A stretch of DNA of 64,000 nucleotides. Source: Ginglymostoma cirratum (taxonomy: Eukaryota). Every line of letters starts with the position of its first letter. Within the stretch, counting starts at the first letter, position 1. Under the pieces are notes generated by a model. The model was not told where the DNA came from and did no database searches. It saw only the letters and a list, made by a program, of their open reading frames with translations. Where the stretch lies: assembly GCA_024137785.1 (NCBI GenBank), contig JAHRHZ010000018.1, forward strand, positions 36,612,543 through 36,676,542. Reading direction: 5' to 3'. A program made the position numbers and the translations under genes. This document shows, piece by piece, positions 50,990-63,261 of this stretch.

Positions 50990-52720
50990 CATATTATCAC
51001 TAAAACTATGTGGGTGCCTTTCTAGAAGAAAGGGATATCCCTTGTAGAGATAGATACTTCCATCTTTAAGTCACCTTTGAGTCACAGGGATAGAACAATT
51101 GAAGACATCTGCTCAGAAAGACCACTTTTGAGGAGCATTCAAGCTTCTAAGAATACTGTTCTGGCTTCATAGGGGAAATGGTAGACAACTTGCAGTAAGC
51201 CACAGCAAGGGTCTTACACATCATGGTGATGAATATTGCATTCTCCGTAACATGACCATTCAGAGAGATGTGGACCTTAAAGAGACCCTGGAACAACAAA
51301 ACTCACTGGAGGAAGCGGAGGAGCGAGAGAATGAAGAGGAAGAGGAGGAAAATACAAAGCAGAGCTGTGTTCCTGCTGTGCAGAGAGGTAACTGGAACCA
51401 ATGATGACTCAAAGGTTTTGTCAGGACATTGTCAACACCAGGAACATGTGATCCACGCACATCAGCTATGCCTTTCTAACCCACAAGGCTCTGGCATACA
51501 CTTTTAGTGCCCTGAGTGTGCATCAATTGAAGACACAATATTCCAATCCAGTCTTAACTGTCAATGCCTGATGCACATCTCTACAGCGGTCTCATTTTGA
51601 AAGAGTTTTTCCCCTTTTCTTTCTTTTCTAGCTTTGCCATTAAGGAACGGAAGCCCATGTGTCTGCAGTAAATCTATGGAGTGTTCAAAGAAAAACAAAG
51701 TGCACACTTGCAAGTGAAATAAACCCCAATGAATCACTCAGTAGTACCCTCTGGGGATGTAGTGATTCTATTGCTGAGTACAGAGGAGCTTCCACTGTAG
51801 GGCCCTGCTGCATGGATGATCAATTAGTACGGAGGGTTCAAGGAAGCCACTGTATTGTTGACTACACACCTCCTGCCTCCACTGGTGGCTGTCTCAGCTC
51901 TTGGCTGATGCTGCAGTTTGCTGGAGGATACCATCGCTGGGGCATAATTGCACCCACTTCTGTATGTTGGCACTACCAGTGTTACTGACTAGTGAATGCT
52001 ATAGAAAATTACATGCTTTCTGTGCATGCCGGTGTGTTGTTCCTGCATCTATTCATGCTCCTGCATTTGATTCTCTCTTAGGTTGGCCACTTTCTCAGTG
52101 GAGGAGCTTGCTTGTTCACAATCCTGCACCAGGGCGATGCACAGATGCTGACTGTGGGAGACATAAGAAGGAACTTGCGAGAACTTGTCTTCCACAGCAG
52201 AAGGCTCTGCAATGCTGAAGCTTCCCAATGCAGCTGTCCTTTGGCATGCTGTCAGAGACAGAGAAGTGCACTTCAGCCCAACCATCTCTCACCTTCTCCC
52301 ACTTGGCCGTCCTGATGAGTTGCTCCCTCCCACTGTATTGTATTTAGAATGATGAGCTGAAGCGGTACCTTTTACTGTGTGAGCCCTCTCTCTGGCATTA
52401 TGTCACCCTTATCTCTTCGATGGAAAAAACAGAAAAGGATAAAGAACTGCTGACCTCCATTACCAGTGCCAGCCGCCCATTCTCAGAAGAAGCATCAATG
52501 TTGCCAAGTCCTCCACACAACACCTCTGCGGCTGACAGTTTTAGCCACTTTGAGCCATGCCTGTTTTGCTTGGCTGGATAACTTTCTCCGAGTGCACCCT
52601 AGAAAGAGAATTTCATCTTTTGCCTCATAGCTTCCAGGAGGACTTTAAGGTCAGCAGCTATAAAGTGAGGGGCAGAAAGGTCTCTGTCTATCCTCGTGTT
52701 GTCTGGTATTTGCATCTTGT
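50990..52720. mobile_element. Decayed Harbinger element (transposase C-terminal part on +, Myb/SANT on -)
   Basis: The + strand has KGYPL*R*ILPSL near 51030 and an acidic tail at about 51300-51350. The - strand at 52500-52640 reads KQAWLKVAKTVSRRGVVWRTWQH. The element probably extends further on both sides. Confidence 0.6.
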
Positions 52721-53443
52721 TTCGAAGTCTCTGCCTCCATAAAGGCTGCACTGCACAGGCCCTGCTTCTATCTCAAGTCCACCACTGTTATTTGGTTGTC
52801 CAACCTGTCTTCCACCCAATTAGCAGCCTAGCTCTGTGAAAATCATGGGTTGTGACTATTTTATCTTCTTTGTGTGCTATGCGGTTGGAACAGGGAGGGG
52901 GCAAGTTTGTGTTGGTTGTGATGGACATTTTTGATCCAAAAATGGTTCCGGTATCAGGTTTCTAATCCTGAAGCATGGTTGTGCCTCAGATTGTAGACAA
53001 TTTAAATACACTGAGTTTATGTTGGGTATGTCTTACATGGACATTAGCGTCACTTGAAGCAATAAGGTATATCCTTTCTGACCCATGCTTTCTACCATTT
53101 TCTCTCCACATTTCCTTCAGTGTCCATGGTGATGCACTCTGCCTTTCTTACCACCCTCATCCACTCCTTCCTCCTTCAACACACAAGGATATCCAAACCT
53201 ACTCTTTCCATAACAATGACCTTATGCTACACATAAATCTGAAGAGTTTAACTTCACACATGGAATCAGACAGAATTCATGTACCCATTATCAGTTGATT
53301 AGTACATCCATCTATTTTTGGAGGAAGCAGCCTTCAATAAAGAGAAGTGACCATGACTGTGGTAAATCCATAACTTGTACAATCTGTCACGTTCTGAGGA
53401 GCAGGCACTGCAGATTCACTGTTGGGTCTCAGGGTAGGTGACA

Positions 53444-53843
53444 NNNNNNNNNNNNNNNNNNNNNNNNNNNNNNNNNNNNNNNNNNNNNNNNNNNNNNNNN
53501 NNNNNNNNNNNNNNNNNNNNNNNNNNNNNNNNNNNNNNNNNNNNNNNNNNNNNNNNNNNNNNNNNNNNNNNNNNNNNNNNNNNNNNNNNNNNNNNNNNNN
53601 NNNNNNNNNNNNNNNNNNNNNNNNNNNNNNNNNNNNNNNNNNNNNNNNNNNNNNNNNNNNNNNNNNNNNNNNNNNNNNNNNNNNNNNNNNNNNNNNNNNN
53701 NNNNNNNNNNNNNNNNNNNNNNNNNNNNNNNNNNNNNNNNNNNNNNNNNNNNNNNNNNNNNNNNNNNNNNNNNNNNNNNNNNNNNNNNNNNNNNNNNNNN
53801 NNNNNNNNNNNNNNNNNNNNNNNNNNNNNNNNNNNNNNNNNNN
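53444..53843. other. Assembly gap (400 N)
   Basis: Run of N. Confidence 0.99.
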
Positions 53844-53866
53844 CCAGCTCTACACCTTGTTATCTC
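53844..53866 (+). mobile_element. Family A tail emerging from the assembly gap
   Basis: ccagctctacaccttgttatctc is identical to the family A tail, so the gap probably holds part of such an element. Confidence 0.6.
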
Positions 53867-55622
53867 GCAATATGTTTTGAACATTTCCACATTTTATTTT
53901 TGGCGGGGGCAGTATATTACTGTTTTCACTTATCAATGTGTCAGGAACCATTCCTAGGTCCCAATCGCAAATGTTCAAGGAACTGAGTGTCCACATGATT
54001 GAACTCAAGGCAGCCAATTAACCTGGACAAATTTGAACTGCACAGACAGGAAGTCCATTGGGAGTATCCAAGGCTCTTAGACAGCAGGCAGGGCAACTGG
54101 AAAAGGAGTGCAGCCACTGTAGGTTGGGGACCGCAAGTGTACCTTTGGATGGAGATACCCCGTACAGGCATTTGAATGCTCAGAAACAGACTGAAATCAG
54201 AGCTGCTGGCCCATCATTGTGGAGGGAAAGCCCTTCCAGAAGACGGCCAGCAATGAAGGCTGTAGCTCTTTGACATTCACAACTCTAGGAGAGGGGTTAG
54301 AAGCAAAGAAAGCCTTGCTAGCCACCGGAAGCGACCTCCAACCAGGCACTGGGCTTCAGACTCAGCAGGACCAGGGTGATCAAGAGTAGCACCTCAAATC
54401 TGCCACAAGTGCTCACTTAACAACTGGCTAACCACTATTGCTGGAGGAGAGAGCTGGAGGATGGCTAGTGCTGTTCAGGTACCTCTTGTGACAAGATGGC
54501 TTGAAAATGAAAAATGTCATGGAGCTGACGACCATGAAATTTTCTGAAATTAATTTCTGATATGATTTGCCCTTTGTTTGGCAAAAAACAGTATAAGCGA
54601 GTAATCTTGGGGTTTTAAATCGGTAGTTTGATACAACACACAACGGGATGCACAGAGCGCAAATGAGCAAGAAGAATGGGAAATGATCCAGGAAGACTAG
54701 GCAGCAGCTGGTCAGGTGGTCAAGGCTTTTGGACTGGAGGCCAGATCTCAGGAGTTTTCAGAGATTATAGCATGCTTAACATCTTACATTGTCTAATGTT
54801 CTTACACACTGCATTGTGAGAGTGGAGCTGTCCTTAGAACTAATAACTGTTCGAAGACCGTTTCAAGTTGAGCTCCTCATGACAGAAGTTTCCATGTTTA
54901 ATTATGTCTCCTACCATTTACTCTATCTATACCCATGTTTTTATAAACTTCTATGATGTCACCTCTCAACCTCCTATGTTAAGAAGAAATACCCAAATAA
55001 GTAGTTCAACACAACTCATGCTTGTTAACGTGAAAAAGGTACCAAGTAGCAAGTACCAGTATCTGATGTATTTGTCTTCTTGTTAAATAATTGATTTGAC
55101 ATGAGATGGCATATTAGATGCTGCATTTAGATAAAGTTTCCCCTGTGAAGCTCAGGTAACAAATGGGCTGTGCAGAGATATGGGGCTGAAATTCACCCAG
55201 GAGTTAATGGAATTAAATATAAGGTGTTCCACGTAACACACAGCTGAATTGATATCACTTGTTTTGTTCCAGCACCTGAGAGAAATTTCTACCATGCAGT
55301 CTAGCTATCAGACAAGTCAAGCAGCTTTACAAATATATAAATTCATCATTAATCACAGAAGATGGGGAAAGTGGTGAGAGGACTGGAAATGGGAACTGTC
55401 TCTAAAGGTAAGGTCTCGCATCTGACAAAAAGGCCTGATGTATCATGGTACAGATTTCAGACCAGACAGCCATGTACCTTTAAGACGTTACAGGACAATA
55501 CAAGATGTGGAATTCCAGTATAAATGTACTCACCGCTGTCATTCTCTCTGTGTCATGTCAATGTAGTCTGTTCAGTCAGTTAGCTATGTAACGTGCAGCA
55601 ATATCAGTTACCTCAGAATCCA

Positions 55623-55725
55623 GAAACAAAAACAGAAGTTGCTGGAAAAGCTCAGTGGGTCTGGCAACATCTATGAAGAAAAAAATAAGAGTTAAAGTTT
55701 CAGGTCCAGTGATCCCTTCCTTCGA
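55623..55725 (-). mobile_element. Short Penelope-derived family B copy inserted in a Gypsy LTR
   Basis: gaaacaaaaacagaagttgctggaaaagctcag...gagttaaagtttcaggtccagtgatcccttcc; TSD acctca(g/a)aatcca at 55610-55622 and 55726-55738. Confidence 0.8.
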
Positions 55726-57194
55726 ACCTCAAAATCCAAACTAGATATGTCTAGAAGACTGTAGAGTTAATGTTATTTAATAAATTTCAAGTTATCTGTC
55801 TTTCTTGTTAAGAAACCAAATATAGAAAACTACAAAGCACATCATGGAGGTAAATGAGCACTAAAAGTGACAGTTAGTGGCAGTAAGGGGATGTCAAAGA
55901 CTAAAAAAGCAACAGCAGTGTGTCAGTTGTGGACAGTCTTTCTCGTTGTAGTCATCCAGCAATCCGAATTCAAAGCTGAAATTGTAACTACAACAAAAAC
56001 TAAAGAGTTACTATTGGAACTAAAGGCTATAAGGCACTGAAGCACAATAAATATTGTACATCTCTTTCAGTCTAAACAAAACATATATGAGAAGCTGCTG
56101 CTGATCCAAATTTTAAAAACTGGAGTTTAAAAGGAGATAAAAGGACAGCACCAATCTAAGAAAGAGATACTATGATGTAAAACAATAGAAAAAAAATGTC
56201 TATACTTAAGTGGTCATACTTGCATCCAGATGTCAGCTGGTTTCCCAAATTCTTTTTTAAATTGGCACAAAAACAAAAAAAATGTGCGTGACACCATCAC
56301 TGCTTTTTTTTTTGCCATGAACAACAACCACAGACACAAGCTTGCATCTTTTAAAGGAGCAGAAATGTTTAAAACTGCAGTAATTAAAAGGACCAGAGAA
56401 GCTAACCAAAAGAACTGGAGAAGCATTGCATTTCAAACCACTTTGTTACACTGGAATTTTGGAGAAAATAAAGCTGCACAAGGAAGATAGAAAGCAAGTG
56501 TTGATTAAAAGCAAGGAATGTGATTTCACTGAGGCTAATTTAGCTGGAAGGAACACAATGCTTCTATATCCATCAAATCTTTCAGAAAAGCAATTGTGCA
56601 TTAACCCAAATACATCACTGACTATCTACTGGAAGGACACAAGATTGAAGCATTGCAGCCAGCCAGCATCTACAAGTGCTTGTCTCTGAAACAACTATTG
56701 CAGTCATCAACAGGTTCTGTAGAACATCCAAATCTCATATGCAATATGGCTTCTGTCTCTAATCAAAACAGTGTCCAGCATTTTATGACATATGCAAGCT
56801 GCGTTCCACAAGAGGACATTGGGCCAAAGCATGTAGGATGTCAAATAGCTCGGAGAAACCCAAAGTAGAACAGAATGTTCCACAGCAGCATGTGAAGAAG
56901 AGCCAACCACGGAACAATGCCAAAGAACCTTCCAAAATTCTGTTCATGGCATGCAAACATGTCAACAACGTCCAAAGAGCATTCAGAATGTCACAGCTTG
57001 CAGACCCCTGCCAGACATTTGTTCAATTTGACAGACCAAATGGGCACAGTCAGAAAAGCTGAAGTCTTTACCTCCATCCAAGTGATATATCCAAAAAGCA
57101 ATAGACAACATGCAGTATATGCCAAAATGGATACTGGTGCCAGTGCAAAGATAACTTCATTACACATTTAACAAGAGATGTTAACTAATAGAAG

Positions 57195-58180
57195 ACAAAT
57201 TTGGGATAAAGGGCACATTTTCAGGATGGTAACCTGTAACTAGTGCTGAGATCACTATTATTCACAATATGTATTAATGGCTTGCATGACAGAATTGAAT
57301 ATACTATCACCAAGTTTGCAGATAACACTCATATGGATGGGAAGGCAAGTAATGAGGATGACACAAAGAAACTATGAGGGATTAAATGAGTTGGCAAAAT
57401 CTTGGCATAAGGGCTGTAATATGGGAATTGAGAGGATATGCACTTTGGCTGCAAAACAGAACAACTGAATATTATTTACATGGAGAAGTACTGCAAAAAG
57501 CTGGATTTATGGGTCCCCTTTCATGAATCGCAAAAGGCTTCCATCCAAGTTCAGTATCCAACAGAAAAGGCAAATGAACCATGGGCCTTTATTTCAAAAG
57601 GAATGGAGTACAACATTATCCATGATGCTCATCAAAACCATAGCTGAAGTGCAATGAATCGTTTCAGCCCCTTAACTAAGGAAAGATACACTGGCATTGG
57701 AGGCAGTCCAGAGAAGATTCACTGGGTTAATTCCAGGTATAGAGGGACTGTCTTATAAGGAGAAGTTGAGTAGTTGGGCTTGTACTCATTGGAGTTTTGA
57801 AGGACGAGAAGTGATCTTACTAAAACATAAGATTCTTAGAGGGCTTGACAGAGTGGATTCAGAGATGTTTTTACTCCTTGTGCAGAGTCTAGGACCAGAG
57901 GGCATAATGTCCAAGTGAGGGGTCACCCATTTTATACGAGATACGGAAGATATTTCCTGTCAGAGGATAGACATTCTGTGGAATTCTTTACAGTAGAGAG
58001 CTGTTAACGCTGGGTCGTTCAGTATATTCAAGGCTGAGATTGAATTTTAATTAGTAAGTGAATCAAGGGTGATGGGTCCAGGCAGGATTGAAGGATTATC
58101 TGATCATTCATGATCTTATTGAATGGTACAGCAGACTCAGTAGGCCAAATGGCCACTTTTGCTCCTACACCTTTTGATCT
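57195..58180 (+). mobile_element. CR1-type LINE 3' fragment nested in the Gypsy element
   Basis: KFADNT, LEAVQRRFTGLIPGIEGLSYKEKL, ILRGLDRVD, and a CR1 3' UTR (tgatcttattgaatgg..ggccaaatggcc..gctccta). Confidence 0.85.
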
Positions 58181-58599
58181 TATAGCCTTCTTTCCAAACT
58201 GCATTTCATCAACAACCTGTCACACAAGATGGTAACTCGAACACCGAAGACATTATGCTCGATCACAGCCACACATCAATGATAAATGATACAAATCCAT
58301 CATAACAGCAGATAGCACATCACAGAGTGAAGCTGTAACTATAAGGACCAGATGTGGTTGTGTCATATCCCTACCAAGGTGTTATCTGAATATAAAGAGA
58401 AATTATATTTACATACATTCTTGTACATTTGTATCAAAAAGGGTTTGCATTCTTTAAAGATGAAATGAGGGATGTTGTATTAATGCATAGATTCTAGACC
58501 AGACAGGCATGTACCTTTTAGTCACTTGCATGACAAGTAACAAGCTGGGACAAAGATACCCACCTTGTCTTCAGTCACCCACTCTGTGCAGTCTCTCCC

Positions 58600-58601
58600 T
58601 G

Positions 58602-58635
<34 letters not shown>
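58600..58635. repeat. Imperfect (TG)n microsatellite inside the 3' LTR
   Basis: TG run with one interruption. Confidence 0.9.
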
Positions 58636-58719
58636 GTCAGTCAGTTGTGTAACATTAAGAAACACAGAAGCCAGACTTAGTAGAACCTTACATGTATCTG
58701 AGTGACGTATGATACGGTG

Positions 58720-60365
58720 AGATTGTGTCAGAATCGGGCAAGATGTTGGGTGAAGCTTATCTTGATGTTGAGATTCTCTCGTTCCATTTTTAAGCTTTTC
58801 ATAAGCAAGTTTCTAACCTGGCAGCAGTGAGTTGCCATTTGATGGTGATTAACATCAGTTAAAATCCTTGTGATAATCCAACTTGCCTCATTAATACTGG
58901 TTGTGATCTTATTAAACTTGCCCAACAAACTAGACATTAGACAAACCTGATATGGAAACCAGAGCGGGTTTTTGGTGGATTGTGCTTGCTGCTTGCTTTA
59001 AATGACCTCCATGTTGGGCATTGCACACCAACATCTCTGAGCATGCTCAACGGACACCGGCAATACTTAGCCTATATTCAGGGACATGGCTCTAGGAACC
59101 TTCATGGCACATCCCTGATCTACTTACAGGATGCTTCTACACTTCAAGGCTGCACCTTGGCCGCACCACAGCCTAACAACTATCATTTTAATGTTGCTAC
59201 AAGGTCACTGATCCCAGGGATACAAACCCCGCTAATGGAGGCTTCATTTCTGAGCTCTTCACTTGCTGTCATAATGCTTATTTACTCTGTGCCTACCTGG
59301 ATGGTCACAGCATCCCTGCCTTGCATTGTTTTGTCTTACCATTTTGCATTTTGTGCCCTCAGACAGAGATACCAGGCTCATATTACTGTTGTTTTGCTTC
59401 ATCATTTAGTGTAGACAGTAAACCAGGGGCTTGACATGGTTATCAGCAGACCTCAGTCAAGACCAGGGGTGACCTTCACTCAGAGCATCGTAAGTCAGCT
59501 TCAGGAGAGCAGCCTCCAATATCAGTCCAGGCTCTACTCAAAGCAGTCAGGAATCTCTCTTCATAAGGGGTGAGTAGCCAAATGATGGGCAGCAAACCAT
59601 GCTCCTGGAATGAGAGAGAAGCATGTATTATATAGAAGACGAAAGTGGGTTACATGGCTATTACTAATGCAGATGGGGAGGGGTCCAAAGCATTTGAGTA
59701 GGCAGTTCAGACGCCTCGCAGGGTGAGTGGTGTTGCAATTGGAGTGAATGAGGGCAATTGGGGCAGATGCTGAGGGAAATTGTGAGAATAGTAGAGCATG
59801 ACCCTTGGTAGGAGGAGGGTACAGGGATAGAGTGAAGGTAAAGTATCAGAGAGAAGATGGTGACACCTAACACTGGAAGAGTGGAGAAAGTAATTGACCT
59901 TCCTACAGCACTGGCCATTTCTACAGAAGCTGAGACTGCTTTAACCCTGGTGGCAAGCTCAGACCAGGCACAGTCCGGGGCGTTGTGGCCTTGACTACTG
60001 TCCTGTGGGCATGAGGGATGTTCCAGCCATCATCAGGAGCTCAAGGATTCTGCCCATAAATCAGTGCACCAATTTCCCCATCTACTATGTCTAGGGCAAA
60101 TGTTAGGGAACATGCAAGGTGTCTCCAGATTGACAGGGCTTGTCTGGGTGTACAATGGGCTTTTAAAGATGGTACCTGCATCAAGAATGTTGGTCAATTC
60201 CAGGATAATCAGTGGATGGGGAATTGTTTCAGGAATGACATGTGGTAGGATGGGATGGAAATTGGACGTGATACACACCATAAAGGAGTGAACAGAAATT
60301 AATGTGGTGAGTTTGGTAAGATTTCGCAGGAAAATGCATTCAGCCTCATGGTGAAAATCTCTCCA
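58720..60365 (-). mobile_element. Second, inverted copy of the 199-1881 Harbinger-type family
   Basis: The reverse complement starts tggagagattttcacca..tcttaccaaact.., shares gtaatatgagcctggta and aacatct..cccgattct(a/g)acac with 199-1881, and both ORF translations contain RYQAHIT. Confidence 0.75.
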
Positions 60366-60379
60366 ACAAGCTTAATTCA

Positions 60380-61300
60380 ACTTGAATTAGCCAAAACATT
60401 GTAAGATGCAGAGCTATGTGGGTACATCTGTGATATTGTAGCCATGTATACAGTTAGTGTTGTCAATAAATCTGACTGAACAACAACTCTGTGGTATGTG
60501 TCAAGCAGACTACCATACAGAAAGATACAAAGTACATCAGATTCATGCTGGCATTTTTTGTGCCTCATCCACATCCATATTATTTTCTAAAGGTCTTCCA
60601 TTTCTACCTGGATTTCATTTTCATCTATCGTGTAGACAGTACACCAATCTATGAGCTCCTGGTTGTTGGCAAAGCCATCTCCTGACTTAGAAAACAGTGG
60701 ACAATGTATTGGTATGCTATCCTTTCTGCAGCTGCAGTTCTTCTTGCAGTATGTTCCAATTCTCAGGTGGATATTAGGTTGTGAATGTTTCTTATTGAGT
60801 TGCATTGCCAGCCCTAAATCAAATGGAACCAGCCAGCATATGTTAGTTGCCTTCCTTCTCCAATGACTCTCCCATTCCTTAACATTTAAACAGGCTTCTG
60901 CTTCACTCCCTTCTTTCTTCACGCACATATACAAAAATACATCATAGAAGGTTGTCACTCTGTTAAGTTGGAGTGTTGAGGTAAAAGAGTTTCCCAACTT
61001 TCCTTAAAGCCATTTGTTAGTATCTCTATTGCAATAAGTTACTCAAAAAACTGTTAATCATATAACAACTGAAAATTGATCTCTGCACCTTTTAACAGCT
61101 GTCTCTTTAAACTTGTAGATATTTGAAGTCACAGAATTGTTTTGATGAGGGTAGTCAGTACTTGGTCAGTAAGTAGTGGAAAAGGAGTAAATATAGTTGC
61201 AGTCATCAGTAGCAATTCAGGGTCCTTTAAATTAAGTTTAAATACAGATATGTTCTTCGAACGCAATGAAGCAGCAGCGACCATTCCACTCTCCAACCAA
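60380..61300 (-). mobile_element. Possible decayed hAT-type transposase C-terminal region
   Basis: The minus frame reads LKDPELLLMTATIF..ELIDWCTVYTIDENEIQVEMEDL*KII..LLTTLTVYMATI, loosely like the hAT dimerisation motif LLTLPVTTAT; many stops. Confidence 0.3.
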
Positions 61301-62671
61301 CTCAGACCACGGTTTGTGGTCTTTCAAATATAAATGGGACAGATTCCTGGCATAAGGACTTTTCCTCTATATTGTACCCCAGAAATGGGCAAAGGTGTCT
61401 GAAGGATCAAGACAAGTAGGCTTAAGGTGCTAAATGGAAGGAAATTGATTCCATTCAATCAGAGTCAATAGATGAGACCATGAAGGGAAACTTAGAACAA
61501 TTGATTATTCATTGTGTTTTCTTTTATTGCAGGTATGACTCAGATTGAGGAGTCTTGTTCATTGTCAGTTTTACAATTGGCTAAAGTTTCCTTCAGTCTA
61601 ATAATTTTATTATTCCCTCAAATAACCTACTCTGATTTTACGTAATAAAACATACATAAAGTAATATCATAATAATAGTCAAATTTCTGCTTTCACAAGA
61701 CTGCTAAATATCAAGTTTTGGTAAAATATGCTTCATTATTTAATTAAATTATAAACTATTTCTACTTTTATTCATACTTTGTTATGAGGTCGATTACATT
61801 CATCATCACTTCTTTAGATATGGACCAATGCAAATTCCTCAGACTTGAGAACTTTAACAGAAAATAAAAAAGAATTCCAGAATAATTTCATTTAATTAAT
61901 AGTAAAACCTAAATTTATTGCACTTTAATAGGAGAATTGTATAACTAAACTTTAATCAAATTGATGAACTGACAGCGTAGACTAGAAACCCATTGCTCCT
62001 TGTTAAACATCTGCCAATTGTTAGAGATCCACTGGTGCCATAAATCACATTGTTCTATTAAACCAAAGTGATAACCCTAACACACATCTATTTGGTAGAG
62101 TAAAGCTTGAGCTGTGTGTTCATTAGATCAGCACGTAGATCACAAAGCAACATTTTATTGCCAGCTGATAGACCATAGTGTGAGTATGCAATACATTAAC
62201 ATCTCAATGTATTAATCTCATGACCTTGCTAAATTAGTATTCATTCTGCTGTGGTTACTATCACTTGCATGTATGCATTTTGTTGAAATGATTGAATTCC
62301 AGTGGCTATTAATTTTTTTATTCATCACATTTCTGCCTATGAAAATTCTGAATGCATTTAGAAACCTGTCACTGTTGATGGCAACCTGTTTATAACAGTC
62401 ACTTAGCATAGGACAAGACATAGTGCTTACAAAGAAGTTAAATATTTAATAAAAGGGATTATCATGTTAGTATAAGATATGAAAATATCTGTAAACACAG
62501 AATATGGTCATTGAGCATCTTGCACCCCATAGACCTACAGCTTTAAGTATGGCAGGAGTGCAGCAGAATGGCTAAAAATTAAGATAAGACCCAAACATCC
62601 TGATACCTGGTACTGCATTATTTTCCAAAAACATTTAAAGGGTTCACACACTTAAAGAAATCACACAGAAT

Positions 62672-63243
62672 TATAGAGTCATACAACATGGAAACAGACC
62701 CTTCGGACCAACTCATCCACACCAACCCAGACATCCCAGTCTGATCTAATCCCACTTGCCAGCATTTAGCTCATCTCCCTCTAAACCATTCCTATTCATG
62801 TACCCATCCAGATGCCTTTTAAATGTTGTAATTGTACCCATCTCCACCACTTCCTCTGGGTGCTCATTCTATACACATTCCACACTCTGCGTGAAAAAGT
62901 TACCCTTCAGGATACTTTTTAAATCATTCCCCTCTCACTTTCAACCCATTATCTGTAGCTTTGGACCCCCTCCCCACCCTAGGGAAAACCCTATTCCATG
63001 CCCCTCATAATTTTATAAACCTCTGTAAGGTCACCCCAAAATCTCTGATACTCCAGGAAATAAAGGTCCCAGCCTATTCAGCCTCTCCCTATAACTCAAA
63101 AACTCCACTCCCCGCAACATCCTTGTAAATCTTTTCTGCACTCTCTCAAGTTTAACAACATCTTTCCTGTAGAAGGGCAACCAGAAATTTATGCAGCAAT
63201 CCAAAAATGGTGTCAACAATGTCCTGTACAGCTGCAACATGAC
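62672..63243 (-). mobile_element. CR1 LINE 3' end
   Basis: MLQLYRTLLTPFLDCCINFWLPFYRKDVVKLERVQKRFTRMLRGVEFLSYRERLNRLG; the 3' UTR ends at (minus strand) tgactctat. Confidence 0.9.
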
Positions 63244-63261
63244 ATACAGAACAAAAAATTG

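Larger units (their letters stand above)
55436..58700 (+). mobile_element. Decayed Gypsy-like LTR retrotransposon with two LTR remnants
   Basis: Both LTRs start TG (55436, 58473) and share agaccagacag(c/g)catgtacctt. A purine-rich tract precedes the 3' LTR. Gag knuckle tail GHWAKACR (about 56815), protease AKMDTGASA (about 57120), and integrase-end motif IRTRCGCVI (58341). Confidence 0.75.

Noticed and set aside
53422-53986. Long ORFs in the track
   Set aside because: Artefacts of the 400-N gap.
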